A stretch of DNA of 64,000 nucleotides from an uncultured Bacteroidales bacterium. GTDB taxonomy: Bacteria > Bacteroidota > Bacteroidia > Bacteroidales > VadinHA17. The DNA lies in the NCBI GenBank assembly GCA_963831855.1, contig CAWHSA010000005.1, forward strand, positions 648,120-712,119. Reading direction: 5' to 3'. The position numbers and the translations under genes were made by a program. Position 1 is the stretch's first letter. Every line of letters begins with the position of its first letter. The notes below the pieces were generated by a model, which searched no databases, was not told the DNA's origin, and worked only from the letters and a program-made list of their open reading frames with translations. Positions 49,651 to 59,219 of this stretch are shown here, piece after piece.

Positions 49651-50842
49651 ATATTTTATCTCCTTCATCAGAAATCTCTTCTTCAGGCAGTTCTTCTTTC
49701 CTGATCCTTGCATTGGCGACCCTGCTTACACTAAGTATGGCCCCGATTGAAAAACTCATCACCAGCACAGAGGTCCTTCCCCAGCTTACCATGGGCAGTG
49801 TCTGCCCGGTAACAGGAAACAAGCCGACAGCAACAAGCATGTTCAGTATCGCCTGAACTACGATCATCACAGTCAATCCCAGAACCAGGAAGACAGGAAA
49901 GGCTGTTTCACATTTTTTGGCAATGGTTATTCCTCTGAATAACAATATCATATAGGCAAGTATGAGGGGAATTGCCCCAAGGAACAACCCGTACTCTTCA
50001 ATTATAATAGCAAAAATGAAATCTGAATTTGACTGCGGAAGCATATTTCTCTGTGTGCTTCCTCCCGGAGCTTTTCCGAAAAGTCCGCCCGTGGAAATCG
50101 CTATCTTGGACTGGTTTGACTGATAATCCCCATCCTCATCAACCTTCCCGGAAAAGTAATGTCCGATCCTGTCTTTCCAGACCTGCACCCTGTTATCCTT
50201 TGTCACTACGGTCAGCACCATTGCAAAAAGGAGGACTCCCGCTACAGCCATACCAACATATGCCAGCAGGAATTTAAAAGGCACCCTTCCGATAAAAAGG
50301 ATAATCATGCTTATTCCGAAGATCATCATGGCCGTTGACAGGTTTTCAGGCATGATAAGTGCACAGATCACGGCTATCGGGATCATAAAATATTTTGTAA
50401 CCAGCATGAAGTTGTTAAGCTCAGTCTGATATTTCGACAGGGTCCGGGCTAAGTAGATGACAAGCGCAACTTTTGCAATATCGGATGTCTGAAGCCGGAA
50501 GCCTGTACCGGGGATTACAAGCCACCTTGTTGCTTCGTTGACCCTTGCGCCGAAAATAAATGTAAGGACAAGAAGTCCTGCAGCAGCTATGAGCATCACA
50601 CCCGCCATTGCGAAATAGATTCTGTAAGGCAGGTAATGTACAACCACAATAATAACAAGGCTGAGCAGGAGCATGAAAAGCTGGCTCCTGAGAAAATATG
50701 TCGTATTGCCGCTATAATTTTTAAAAGCAATACTCACCGAGGAACTGTAAACAGCCAGCAGGGAATAAACCATAAAAAGCACCACAAGACCCCAGATAGC
50801 CTTGTCGCCTTTAAATGTTTTCGTAAGCCAGCCCTGCTGCAT
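49631..50842 (-). CDS. ftsW: FtsW/RodA/SpoVE-family peptidoglycan glycosyltransferase (FtsW by position)
   Basis: 403 aa with ~10 TM helices and SEDS motifs (LQTSDIAKV, LPQSNSDFIFAII, GLFPVTGQTLP). Confidence 0.9.
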   Translation of the reverse strand: MQQGWLTKTFKGDKAIWGLVVLFMVYSLLAVYSSSVSIAFKNYSGNTTYFLRSQLFMLLLSLVIIVVVHYLPYRIYFAMAGVMLIAAAGLLVLTFIFGARVNEATRWLVIPGTGFRLQTSDIAKVALVIYLARTLSKYQTELNNFMLVTKYFMIPIAVICALIMPENLSTAMMIFGISMIILFIGRVPFKFLLAYVGMAVAGVLLFAMVLTVVTKDNRVQVWKDRIGHYFSGKVDEDGDYQSNQSKIAISTGGLFGKAPGGSTQRNMLPQSNSDFIFAIIIEEYGLFLGAIPLILAYMILLFRGITIAKKCETAFPVFLVLGLTVMIVVQAILNMLVAVGLFPVTGQTLPMVSWGRTSVLVMSFSIGAILSVSRVANARIRKEELPEEEISDEGDKIYEPAKA

Positions 50843-50853
50843 AATATTGATTC

Positions 50854-52191
50854 TTAGAGATTTCTGACTGCGGCTTTGAACTTTCTGCCCCGGTCTTCAT
50901 AGTTATTGAACAGGTCGAAGCTTGCACATGCCGGGGAAAGTAAAACCGTATCTCCCTTTTTAGCAAGATAATATGCCGATCTCACAGCTTCCTCGATGGA
51001 GGTTGTCTCAACAATTGTAGGGACCTTGTCCTTAAAAGCTTCCATGATCTTCCTGTTATCCTTACCAAGGCAAACCACAGCTTTTACTTTTTGCTTTACA
51101 ACATTGAAAAGCTCTGAATAATCATTCCCTTTATCGATGCCTCCCACTATCCAGACAACATCAGTCTCCATGCACTCAAGCGCATACCATGTGGAGTTGA
51201 CATTAGTGGCCTTTGAATCATTGATGAAGCTTATTCCGCTGACCTTTATCACAGGTTCAAGACGGTGTTCCACTCCCTGAAAATCAGCAAGACTTTCCCT
51301 GATAACATCTTTCCTGATGTTGAGCACTTTACCTGCGATGGCTGCTGCCATCGAGTTATAGGTATTGTGACGGCCTTTGAGAGCAAGTTCATGAATGGTC
51401 ATAAGGTTGGTTTTATTAAGGTAATCAATTACTAATTCCCCGTTTTCTATATATGCTGTCATATTATCTTTTTCTGTATCCGAGAAGGGAAGAAGCGTCA
51501 TCGCGAACTCTTTCTTTGCCAGCTCAGCTTTTATTACAGGATCGCCGGACCAGTAGATCAGGAAATCAGATCTGGTCTGATTCTGTGTGATTCTGAATTT
51601 TGAATCGATATAATTCTGGAACTTATATCCATACCTGTCGAGATGATCCGGAGTGATATTCAGAAGGATTGCAACTTCTGCCCTGAAGCTGTACATCCCG
51701 TCAAGCTGGAAGCTGCTCAGTTCAATTACATAATAGTCATGGGAACCTTCAGCGACCGCCATGGCAAAGCTGCTTCCGACATTGCCCGTCATCACAACAT
51801 CCTTTCCGGCTTTCTTAAGCATATGAAAAAGCAGGTTAGTGACAGTCGTTTTCCCGTTGCTTCCGGTAACGCAAATTTTGATACCGCCGGCAAAGCGGCC
51901 GGCGAATTCAATCTCAGAGATCACAGGTATTCCTTTGCCTCTGATCTTTGATATTACAGGCGAATCTTCCCTTATCCCGGGGCTTTTGATAACTTCATCG
52001 GCATTTAGTATCTCGCTTTCTGTATGCTGTCCCTGCTCCCACACGATTTTGTTATCATTCAGGATCTTGCTGTATTTCTCTTTTACTTTACCATTATCTG
52101 AAACAAAAACATCGAATCCTTTTTTCAGTGCCAGTACCGCTGATCCTGCACCGCTCTCCCCGGCTCCCAGTATTACAACTCTCTTCTTCAT
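50854..52191 (-). CDS. murD: UDP-N-acetylmuramoylalanine--D-glutamate ligase
   Basis: Motifs VILGAGESGAG, GSNGKTT, and a DHLDRY-like and C-terminal ligase domain. Confidence 0.93.
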   Translation of the reverse strand: MKKRVVILGAGESGAGSAVLALKKGFDVFVSDNGKVKEKYSKILNDNKIVWEQGQHTESEILNADEVIKSPGIREDSPVISKIRGKGIPVISEIEFAGRFAGGIKICVTGSNGKTTVTNLLFHMLKKAGKDVVMTGNVGSSFAMAVAEGSHDYYVIELSSFQLDGMYSFRAEVAILLNITPDHLDRYGYKFQNYIDSKFRITQNQTRSDFLIYWSGDPVIKAELAKKEFAMTLLPFSDTEKDNMTAYIENGELVIDYLNKTNLMTIHELALKGRHNTYNSMAAAIAGKVLNIRKDVIRESLADFQGVEHRLEPVIKVSGISFINDSKATNVNSTWYALECMETDVVWIVGGIDKGNDYSELFNVVKQKVKAVVCLGKDNRKIMEAFKDKVPTIVETTSIEEAVRSAYYLAKKGDTVLLSPACASFDLFNNYEDRGRKFKAAVRNL

Positions 52192-52195
52192 ACCG

Positions 52196-53452
52196 CTATC
52201 TGATCTTAAGCGTCACTATACTTATTACTGCCAATATTATTGCCACTATCCAGAACCTTATGACGATTTTAGGCTCCGGATAACCTTTTTTCTGATAATG
52301 ATGGTGAAGCGGCGCCATCAGAAATAAACGGCGCCCTGCCCCATATTTACGTTTTGTTCTTTTGAACCAGGCTACCTGAAGGACTACAGAAAGATTTTCA
52401 ACAAGGAATATCCCGCACAGTATAGGGATCAGCAGCTCTTTCCTTATAATAATTGCGAATACGGCAATTATCCCTCCCAGGGCCAGCGACCCTGTATCAC
52501 CCATGAAAACCTGGGCAGGGTAAGAATTATACCAGAGGAATCCAATAGTGGCCCCCATGAAGGCAGCCGCAAATATTACAAGCTCTTCTGAACCGGGTAT
52601 GAACATTATATTAAGGTAATTCGCGTAATTGGCATTACTTGAAACATAAGCCAGAATTCCGAGCGCAGCACCTATAATTGCTGATGTTCCGGTAGCCAGA
52701 CCGTCAAGTCCGTCAGTGAGATTTGCTCCGTTTGAGACAGCTGTGAGAATAAAGATTACAATAACTACAAAAACGAACCACGTCCAGGGTTGCCGGTGGT
52801 CTTTATTGATAAATGATACCAGCCATGAATAATCAAACTCATTGTTTTTGATAAACGGGATTGTTGTCTTGGCAGATTTCCTTTCCACCGAAATTTCATT
52901 CTCCGGTGATATGGTCACTGGCTGATCGAGCAGTTCCATTTTATCTTTTATGGAGAGCTCCGAAACATTGACCTTCTCAATTATAATTACTTCCTTGCTT
53001 AGAAAGAGTACCAGCCCCACTATCAGACCGAGCACTATCTGTCCTATAATCTTGAACCGTCCTGCAAGCCCTTCCTTATTCTTCTTAAATATTTTAATAT
53101 AATCATCCAGGAATCCTATAAGGCCCAGCCACAGTGTGGTAAGTATCATCAGGAGCACATAAACGTTATCAAGCTTTGCAAAAAGAAGCACCGGGACAAC
53201 TATGGAAGCAAGAATTATTATTCCTCCCATTGAAGGAGTGCCTTCCTTGCGGTACTGACCTTCAAGGCCCAGATTCCTTACAACTTCGCCTGCCTGCTTT
53301 CTCTGAAGGAATAGAATAATCCTTTTACCAATCATCAGGGAAATGATGAGGGATGTGATCACTGCAGCCGCTGACCTGAATGAGATGAACCGGAACACTC
53401 CTGCTCCCGGGATATTAAGCTTATCAAGATATTCAAACAGATAATAGAGCAT
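52196..53452 (-). CDS. mraY: Phospho-N-acetylmuramoyl-pentapeptide transferase
   Basis: Motifs [29 protein letters not shown] and APLHHHY. Confidence 0.95.
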   Translation of the reverse strand: MLYYLFEYLDKLNIPGAGVFRFISFRSAAAVITSLIISLMIGKRIILFLQRKQAGEVVRNLGLEGQYRKEGTPSMGGIIILASIVVPVLLFAKLDNVYVLLMILTTLWLGLIGFLDDYIKIFKKNKEGLAGRFKIIGQIVLGLIVGLVLFLSKEVIIIEKVNVSELSIKDKMELLDQPVTISPENEISVERKSAKTTIPFIKNNEFDYSWLVSFINKDHRQPWTWFVFVVIVIFILTAVSNGANLTDGLDGLATGTSAIIGAALGILAYVSSNANYANYLNIMFIPGSEELVIFAAAFMGATIGFLWYNSYPAQVFMGDTGSLALGGIIAVFAIIIRKELLIPILCGIFLVENLSVVLQVAWFKRTKRKYGAGRRLFLMAPLHHHYQKKGYPEPKIVIRFWIVAIILAVISIVTLKIR

Positions 53453-53460
53453 TCCTTAAA

Positions 53461-54916
53461 TTATTTTAGTGATAATGCTTTTTTCAACTCTTCCCTGTCG
53501 TCGAAATGATGCCTTATACCCATGATCTCCTGGTAAGGCTCATGGCCCTTTCCGGCAACCAGGATCACATCTCCAGGACTGGCAAGAATAACGGCTGTTT
53601 TTATTGCTTCGCGGCGGTCAGCAATCCTGAGGGTCTTCTTTTTCATTTCCGGAGTTATTCCTGCTTCCATTTCATCAAGTATCTTCTCAGGATCTTCGGT
53701 CCGCGGATTATCTGATGTCAGGATCAGCTTAGTGCTGCCTTCAGCAGAGATAGCTGCCATCTTCGGTCGTTTAGTCCTGTCGCGGTCGCCGCCGGCTCCG
53801 ACAACAGTTATCAGCTGGATATCTCCTTCACGTATCTTATTGAGAGTTTCCAGAACATTAAGAAGTGCATCCGGTGTATGAGCATAATCCACTATTCCGG
53901 TTATTCTGTTTCCCGTTCTCACAATTTCAAGCCTGCCGGCAACCGGCGTAAGGGTGCTGAGAACTTTAAGTATTTCTTTCGTGTCCGCGCCAAGGATCGA
54001 CGAAGCAGCACAGACAGCCAGCAGGTTTGAAGCATTGAAATCTCCGATAAACCTGGTCCATACTTCCTGCCCCAACATCCTGAGACCCATTCCCTCAAAG
54101 CTCTGCTCTATAATGCCTCCGCGAAAGTCCGCCATTCCCCGGATTGAAAAAGTATATTGCTGTGCCCTGCAATTCTGGATCATCACCTTGCCATTACGGT
54201 CATCAGCATTCACGAGTGCAAAAGCATTTTCCGGAAGTGAATCGAAAAAGCTCTTCTTTGCTGCCAGGTAATCTGTCGAAAGTCTTATGATAATCGAGAT
54301 GGTCATGGGTCAGGTTGGTAAAGATGCCTCCGGCAAAGACAAGTCCGGCAATACGTTGCTGATCAGCAGAATGCGAACTTACTTCCATGAATGCATAATC
54401 GCAACCTGCTTTAACCATTTCCTGCATCAGGCTGTTCAGCCGGACAGGATCAGGGGTTGTATGGGTTGCAGGTAACTCCTTATCTATAACATAATTGCAT
54501 ACCGTTGAAAAGAGTCCGCATTTATATCCGAGACCTGTGAACATTTTGTAAAGCAAAGTAGCTATTGTTGTCTTGCCGTTGGTTCCGGTCACTCCAACAA
54601 GCTTCAGTGATGAAGAGGGATTATTAAAAAAATTGGAGGATGCCTGTCCGAGCGCTTTTGCCGGATCAGCGGTTTTAATCCAGCAAACCTGTGGATCAGG
54701 ATTATCAGGAATCTTTTCACAGATAACTGCAACAGCACCAGCTTTAAGGGCGCTTGTGATATAGTCGTGCCCATCGTTCCTGGTTCCCCTTACTGCAACA
54801 AAGAGTGATCCCGCTGTCGCATTCCGGGAATCAAAGATTATATTTTCAATAGCTGTTTCCCTGTTTCCCGAAACGGAAATTATATTAATACCCCTTAATA
54901 TATTATCCAGCTTCAT
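53461..54916 (-). pseudogene. murE: UDP-N-acetylmuramoyl-L-alanyl-D-glutamate--2,6-diaminopimelate ligase (murE) interrupted by a one-base frame change near 54271; possibly a sequencing or assembly artefact
   Basis: The N-terminal ORF 54203-54916 ends ...FTNLTHDHLDYHKTFDRLPGSKEE*. The C-terminal ORF 53461-54306 contains ...STDYLAAKKSFFDSLP...DYAHTPDAL...GAGGDRD...SDNPR. Skipping one base after GAC AGA restores ...HKTFDRYLAAKKSFFD... Confidence 0.85.
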
Positions 54917-54920
54917 CGTA

Positions 54921-57032
54921 TCACATATTCATTTCAAGAGAGACCACCTGACCTTCGAAATATCTTGCACCATGCTCAGGAGCCTGTCTGCGCACTTTTC
55001 CCCTGCCATTGTATTTCACCCTGTAGCCTGAATTTTCGAGCAGGTAAACAGCATCTCTGAGGCTCATTCCGCGGACATCAGGGACCAGTCCTTTTGTTAT
55101 ATTCAGGCCTGCAAGCCTTACAGTGTCGCCGCTCTCCCTGGTTGTCACCCACTCCTTATCTGAACCTCTTTTATATCTTACATCCAGCTCTCTTAGTACC
55201 TGGTTTATATCTGCCCTGTACCCGTTTCCGGCATCCGGCGCAATGGGATTTTTATTATCCTGGTTTATATTCCTGTAATCCCGGAAGAAATTTGTTGCAT
55301 AGAGTTTGTCGGATATTTCTTTAAAAACCGAACCTGCTACAATGTTTCCGTAATAGACTCCGTTTGAAGGAGCATTAACCACAACTATACATGAGTAAAG
55401 AGGATTTTCTGCAGGAAAATATCCGACAAATGAAGCCTGATATGAGATTCCTCCCGACTTGTAACCCGATTTCCCCCTTGCGATCTGCGCAGTACCTGTT
55501 TTCCCGGCAATCCTGTAATTCGGATTTTGCAGATTTGTAGCGGTACCATACTCTACAACTCCTTCCATCATTTTTTTTGCCTTTTTTATTGTTGACCGTG
55601 AGGCGATGGAATTGATTATTACATCAGGCTCAAAACGTTTTATAATATTACCGGACCGCAGGACGGCTGTAACAAATCTTGGTTTCATCATCCTGCCATC
55701 ATTTGCAACAGCATTATAAAATGTAAGAATCTGAAGGGGGGTGAGCTGTACCTCATAACCGTGCGACATCATCGGCAGCGACAGCCCCGACCAGAGCTTA
55801 TCACCGGGGTATCTTATCAGGGGTATTCCTTCACCTTTAATCTGGATATCGAGGGATTGATTCAGCTTCATGGCATAGAGGCGGTTTACAAAGTCTCTCG
55901 GATTATCCTTATAATGCTCATATATCAGCTTTGATGTTCCTACATTGGATGATTTTTCAAATATCTGTTTCACTGTAAGCCTGCCATAGCCTTCCTCCTT
56001 TGTATCCCTGACAACCATATTATAGAACCTTACCGAACCGGTTCCAGTATCTACGACATCTCCGGTATCTATCACTCCGTCTTCAATTGCTGCCATTAAC
56101 GATGGCAGCTTGAAGGTTGAGCCAGGTTCCGTGCTTTCAGCAATTGCATAATTATAAGTTTCATGGTATGTGCCGTCACTGGTCTGTTCCAGGTTTACTA
56201 TTGCCCTGATATCGCCTGTTGCCACCTCCATTACAACTGCGCAGCCATGATGAGCATCATGCTTTTTAAGCTGGTTAACCAGAGCAGAGGTTGCAACATC
56301 CTGAAGATCAATATCTATAGTAGTTACCACATCATTCCCATCTCTTGGTTCAACACTGCCAGCCCCGTCAACTGTGATCCAGTCGCCGCCCGTTAGACGT
56401 TGTTTAATCACAACACCGTTTTTTCCGCCAAGATCTTTATTAAATGATCCTTCGACCCCTACCTCTGTTCCCTCGTCCCCCAGGTTAAGATACCCTATGG
56501 TCCTTGCTGCCAGCTCATTGTTTGGAAGTATTCTCCTGTTCTCAGCCTGTGCCACCATTCCCCCCTTGAATTGTCCTTCGCGGAAAATAGGGAGATCTTT
56601 CAGCTTCCTGAGGGTCTTATAATCTGCCTTCCTCTGAATGAGAAAATATCTGTCGCCTCTTTTTCTTGCTTCGGTTATTACAGTTTTCCATCCGGCTGCT
56701 GTTCTATCTCCCAGTATCTTAGCCAGACCTGCAGAAAGTCCGTTAATACCGTTCGACCATGTAGCCGCCGACATTCCTGAGCTACGGGTATCCATATAAA
56801 TTGTATAATACGGGACTGAGCTGGCCAGAAGCCTGCCGTCATACGCCAGTATATCACCTCTGTTTGCAGGCATCTCGGCTGTCTTGTAAACATACTTTTC
56901 GCTCATAGCTGTCCATTTCCCATGCTGAACAACCTGGAGGATCACTACGCGGATAAGTATAGCCAAAGCCAGGATTGCCATTGTAAAATAAACAATGCCG
57001 CTGCGCCACACTATTTCATCCCTTACAGACAT
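54921..57032 (-). CDS. ftsI: Penicillin-binding protein (FtsI/PBP3-type transpeptidase) with C-terminal PASTA domain
   Basis: Motifs STFK (EPGSTFKLPS), SSN (KSSNVG) and KTG (GKTGTA). PASTA-like tail VPDVRGMSLRDAVYLLENSGYRVKYNGRGKV. Start placed at the ATG at 57032; the ORF-track start at 57053 is TTG. Confidence 0.9.
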   Translation of the reverse strand: MSVRDEIVWRSGIVYFTMAILALAILIRVVILQVVQHGKWTAMSEKYVYKTAEMPANRGDILAYDGRLLASSVPYYTIYMDTRSSGMSAATWSNGINGLSAGLAKILGDRTAAGWKTVITEARKRGDRYFLIQRKADYKTLRKLKDLPIFREGQFKGGMVAQAENRRILPNNELAARTIGYLNLGDEGTEVGVEGSFNKDLGGKNGVVIKQRLTGGDWITVDGAGSVEPRDGNDVVTTIDIDLQDVATSALVNQLKKHDAHHGCAVVMEVATGDIRAIVNLEQTSDGTYHETYNYAIAESTEPGSTFKLPSLMAAIEDGVIDTGDVVDTGTGSVRFYNMVVRDTKEEGYGRLTVKQIFEKSSNVGTSKLIYEHYKDNPRDFVNRLYAMKLNQSLDIQIKGEGIPLIRYPGDKLWSGLSLPMMSHGYEVQLTPLQILTFYNAVANDGRMMKPRFVTAVLRSGNIIKRFEPDVIINSIASRSTIKKAKKMMEGVVEYGTATNLQNPNYRIAGKTGTAQIARGKSGYKSGGISYQASFVGYFPAENPLYSCIVVVNAPSNGVYYGNIVAGSVFKEISDKLYATNFFRDYRNINQDNKNPIAPDAGNGYRADINQVLRELDVRYKRGSDKEWVTTRESGDTVRLAGLNITKGLVPDVRGMSLRDAVYLLENSGYRVKYNGRGKVRRQAPEHGARYFEGQVVSLEMNM

Positions 57033-57036
57033 CTCT

Positions 57037-57402
57037 TTATTTTCTGTCAACAAGTAATTTATAAGGCGGAGTCTTCAACTCCTCGAGACCCAGTCCCCTT
57101 TCCATCACCAGCCTGTACACTACTGACTGTCTGCTTAAATACATCAGGTCGGCTGAGGTCGATAACGATTCAGCCCTGAGCTCCTTGACTTCTCTCTGAA
57201 GCCGGGTTGATTCGCGTGTAACCTTCTCTGCGTGAAACCTGTTACCAATATAAATCGCCGCCAGCAGAGTGATAAACAGTATATACCACAGGTTCTTAAG
57301 AATTATCTTCTCAGTGACCATGCTTCCGCTAAGTAGTTCTTTAAGGAAGCTACCTGTCTTTGCCTTCCCTGGCTTCCTCTTCTCTGAACCGGGCTCTGCC
57401 AT
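57037..57402 (-). CDS. FtsL-like small bitopic cell-division protein
   Basis: 121 aa with a single TM helix (LWYILFITLLAAIYIG) followed by a coiled coil. It sits between rsmH and ftsI, and its ATG overlaps the rsmH stop by 1 nt. Confidence 0.6.
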   Translation of the reverse strand: MAEPGSEKRKPGKAKTGSFLKELLSGSMVTEKIILKNLWYILFITLLAAIYIGNRFHAEKVTRESTRLQREVKELRAESLSTSADLMYLSRQSVVYRLVMERGLGLEELKTPPYKLLVDRK

Positions 57403-58301
57403 TATTTTATTTTTTCAGCTATTCTTAACCGTGCACTTCTCGATCTGCTGTTCCTGGCTATTTCTTCGCTTGCAGGTGTGATCCCTTTCCTGGTCAGCAC
57501 CCTGAACGGAGTTTCCGGATTGCCATAGAAATCTTTCTTTTCAATTCCTTCAAAATTTCCTGTGCGCATAAAATTTTTCACAATCCTGTCCTCAAGAGAG
57601 TGATAGGTAATAACAACAAGCCGTCCGCCTATGTTGAGTATCTCCAGGGTTTGCAGAAGCATCTCCTTCAAAAAATCGATCTCATGGTTTACCGCAATCC
57701 TTAATGCCTGAAAAATCCTTGCATAAAATTTATTTTCCTGCCTTGACGGCGTCAGTTTTCCGATTGCAGCGATCAGATCTCCTGCCGTGGAAATCGGTCT
57801 TCCGGACCTCGCACTGACTATCTCTTTTGCAATCTTCCTCGAATTTGTAAGCTCACCGTAATTATAAAATATGTCTGCCAGCAGTGCTTCATCGATCGTC
57901 CTGATCATGATGGCTGCAGTCATGGGATTACTCCTGTTCATCCTCATGTCCAGCGGGGCATCATGACGAAAAGTGAATCCTCTTTCAATCTCATCGAACT
58001 GGTGAAAGGAAACACCGAGATCAGCAATAAGTCCGTCAACTGAAGTTATACCATTGAATCTGAGGTTGTTTTTCAGGAAGCGGAAGTTCTGATCCAGAAA
58101 GAGAAACCTTTTATCATCAATTATGTTCTGCCTGGCATCATCGTCCTGATCAAAGGCTATCAGCCTGCCGGTAGTCAGGTGTTTCAGTATCTCTTTTGAA
58201 TGACCTCCTCCTCCGTAGGTAACGTCAACATATATCCCGTCGGGACGGATATTCAGACCAATGACACTCTCATCCAGCAGTGCGGGTATATGATAATCCA
58301 T
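57402..58301 (-). CDS. rsmH: 16S rRNA (cytosine1402-N4)-methyltransferase
   Basis: Motifs HIPALLDE, YVDVTYGGGGHS, DLGVSFHQFD and ITYHSLEDRIVK. Confidence 0.95.
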   Translation of the reverse strand: MDYHIPALLDESVIGLNIRPDGIYVDVTYGGGGHSKEILKHLTTGRLIAFDQDDDARQNIIDDKRFLFLDQNFRFLKNNLRFNGITSVDGLIADLGVSFHQFDEIERGFTFRHDAPLDMRMNRSNPMTAAIMIRTIDEALLADIFYNYGELTNSRKIAKEIVSARSGRPISTAGDLIAAIGKLTPSRQENKFYARIFQALRIAVNHEIDFLKEMLLQTLEILNIGGRLVVITYHSLEDRIVKNFMRTGNFEGIEKKDFYGNPETPFRVLTRKGITPASEEIARNSRSRSARLRIAEKIK

Positions 58302-58768
58302 TATTTATCAGGATCATTAGTTGTTCCACCCATCAGCTTTTCAGCCAGGTCGGCAAAATTGCCGGCAGGTATGCCGATCTTTTCATAGACAATTGCTGAC
58401 CATATTTCAATCCGGCCATCCTGCCCGGCAAGTACCAAATCCCTGTCAGCGCCGATCATCTCAAGCATTCGTTTAGGTATAAGCATGCGGTTGTTGCTGT
58501 CGAGAGAGAGCTCAGCAGTTCCCTTGAAGAAATTTCTCAGGAAAGTATTATGCTCCCTGTTATAGGGATTTATTCTCTTCCTGATCTTCTCAAGCTGCCT
58601 GTTCCAGTCTTCAATTGAATAGAGCACAAGGCAATTTTCGAATATATCTTTCCTTACTACAAACTGGTCACGTGCTCCATCAGGCATCTGCTTCTTGAAT
58701 GCCATCGGAAGGATGATCCGTCCCTTGACATCAGCTTTGCATGTATAATCCCCAATAAATGTGGCCAT
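58301..58768 (-). CDS. mraZ: Transcriptional regulator MraZ
   Basis: 155 aa. Two SpoVT/AbrB-like repeats, each with a DxxxR-type motif (KADVKGRIILP; LDSNNRMLIP). Confidence 0.95.
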   Translation of the reverse strand: MATFIGDYTCKADVKGRIILPMAFKKQMPDGARDQFVVRKDIFENCLVLYSIEDWNRQLEKIRKRINPYNREHNTFLRNFFKGTAELSLDSNNRMLIPKRMLEMIGADRDLVLAGQDGRIEIWSAIVYEKIGIPAGNFADLAEKLMGGTTNDPDK

Positions 58769-58812
58769 AAACCATTAATTGTGATAAAACTGCTAAAATA
58801 AGAAAAAATTAT

Positions 58813-58839
58813 CCACTTTCCCCCACTTTCACCCACTTT
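58813..58839 (-). promoter_or_regulatory. Putative MraZ operator: three direct AAAGTGG boxes at exact 10-bp spacing
   Basis: The plus strand has CCACTTT at 58813-19, 58823-29 and 58833-39. The minus strand reads AAAAGTGGGTGAAAGTGGGGGAAAGTGG, 45-71 nt upstream of the mraZ ATG. This resembles the reported MraZ repeat sites (GTGGG/AAAGTG direct repeats with helical-turn spacing). Confidence 0.6.
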
Positions 58840-58992
58840 TTAATTTATTGTTGATAACTTTTAGCATTGGAAAAAGAGTCCTTTTCAGGCTTTCAGGTTT
58901 TTACAATATCACCAGCATGTATCTTCAAATCGCAGGATCACATCTCCCGGGATTCTGCCTCTCCCCTTCGGTCCCCCTCTCCCAGCTTCAGT

Positions 58993-59144
58993 TAACCTCA
59001 TCCCCAGGCCCCTTCCGCTAGTTCCCTGACCTCATCCCCAGGCTCCTTCCGCTGGTTCATTGACCTCATCCCCCGGCCCCTTCTGCTGGTTCATTGACCT
59101 CATCCCCCGGCCCCTTCTGCTGGTTCATTGACCTCATCCCCCGG
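58993..59144. repeat. Tandem array, 34-bp unit TGACCTCATCCCCCGGCCCCTTCTGCTGGTTCAT, about 4.5 copies
   Basis: Copies start at 58993, 59027, 59061, 59095 and 59129. Copies 3 and 4 are identical, copies 1 and 2 are diverged, and copy 5 runs into hairpin 1. Confidence 0.9.
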
Positions 59145-59219
59145 CCCCTTCTCCCGGGGGGAGAAGGGGTGTAAGACATTGTGCATGTGTGTATTAGCCC
59201 CTCTCCCTTGGGAGAGGGG
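59145..59219. repeat. Two perfect GC-rich hairpins flanking a 28-bp AT-rich core
   Basis: Hairpin 1 is CCCCTTCTCCC-GGG-GGGAGAAGGGG (59145-59169). The core is TGTAAGACATTGTGCATGTGTGTATTAG (59170-59197). Hairpin 2 is CCCCTCTCCC-TT-GGGAGAGGGG (59198-59219). Confidence 0.9.

Noticed and set aside
49651-49713. Longer murG start (ORF track 49713, MQGSGKKNCLKK...)
   Set aside because: The extension lies inside the ftsW coding region and precedes the conserved IIISGGGTGGH by an unusually long N-terminus. The ATG at 49650 gives the usual ~8-residue lead.
51839-52327. 162-aa plus-strand ORF across the murD/mraY junction
   Set aside because: It is antisense to two conserved Mur-pathway genes, which marks it as a shadow ORF.
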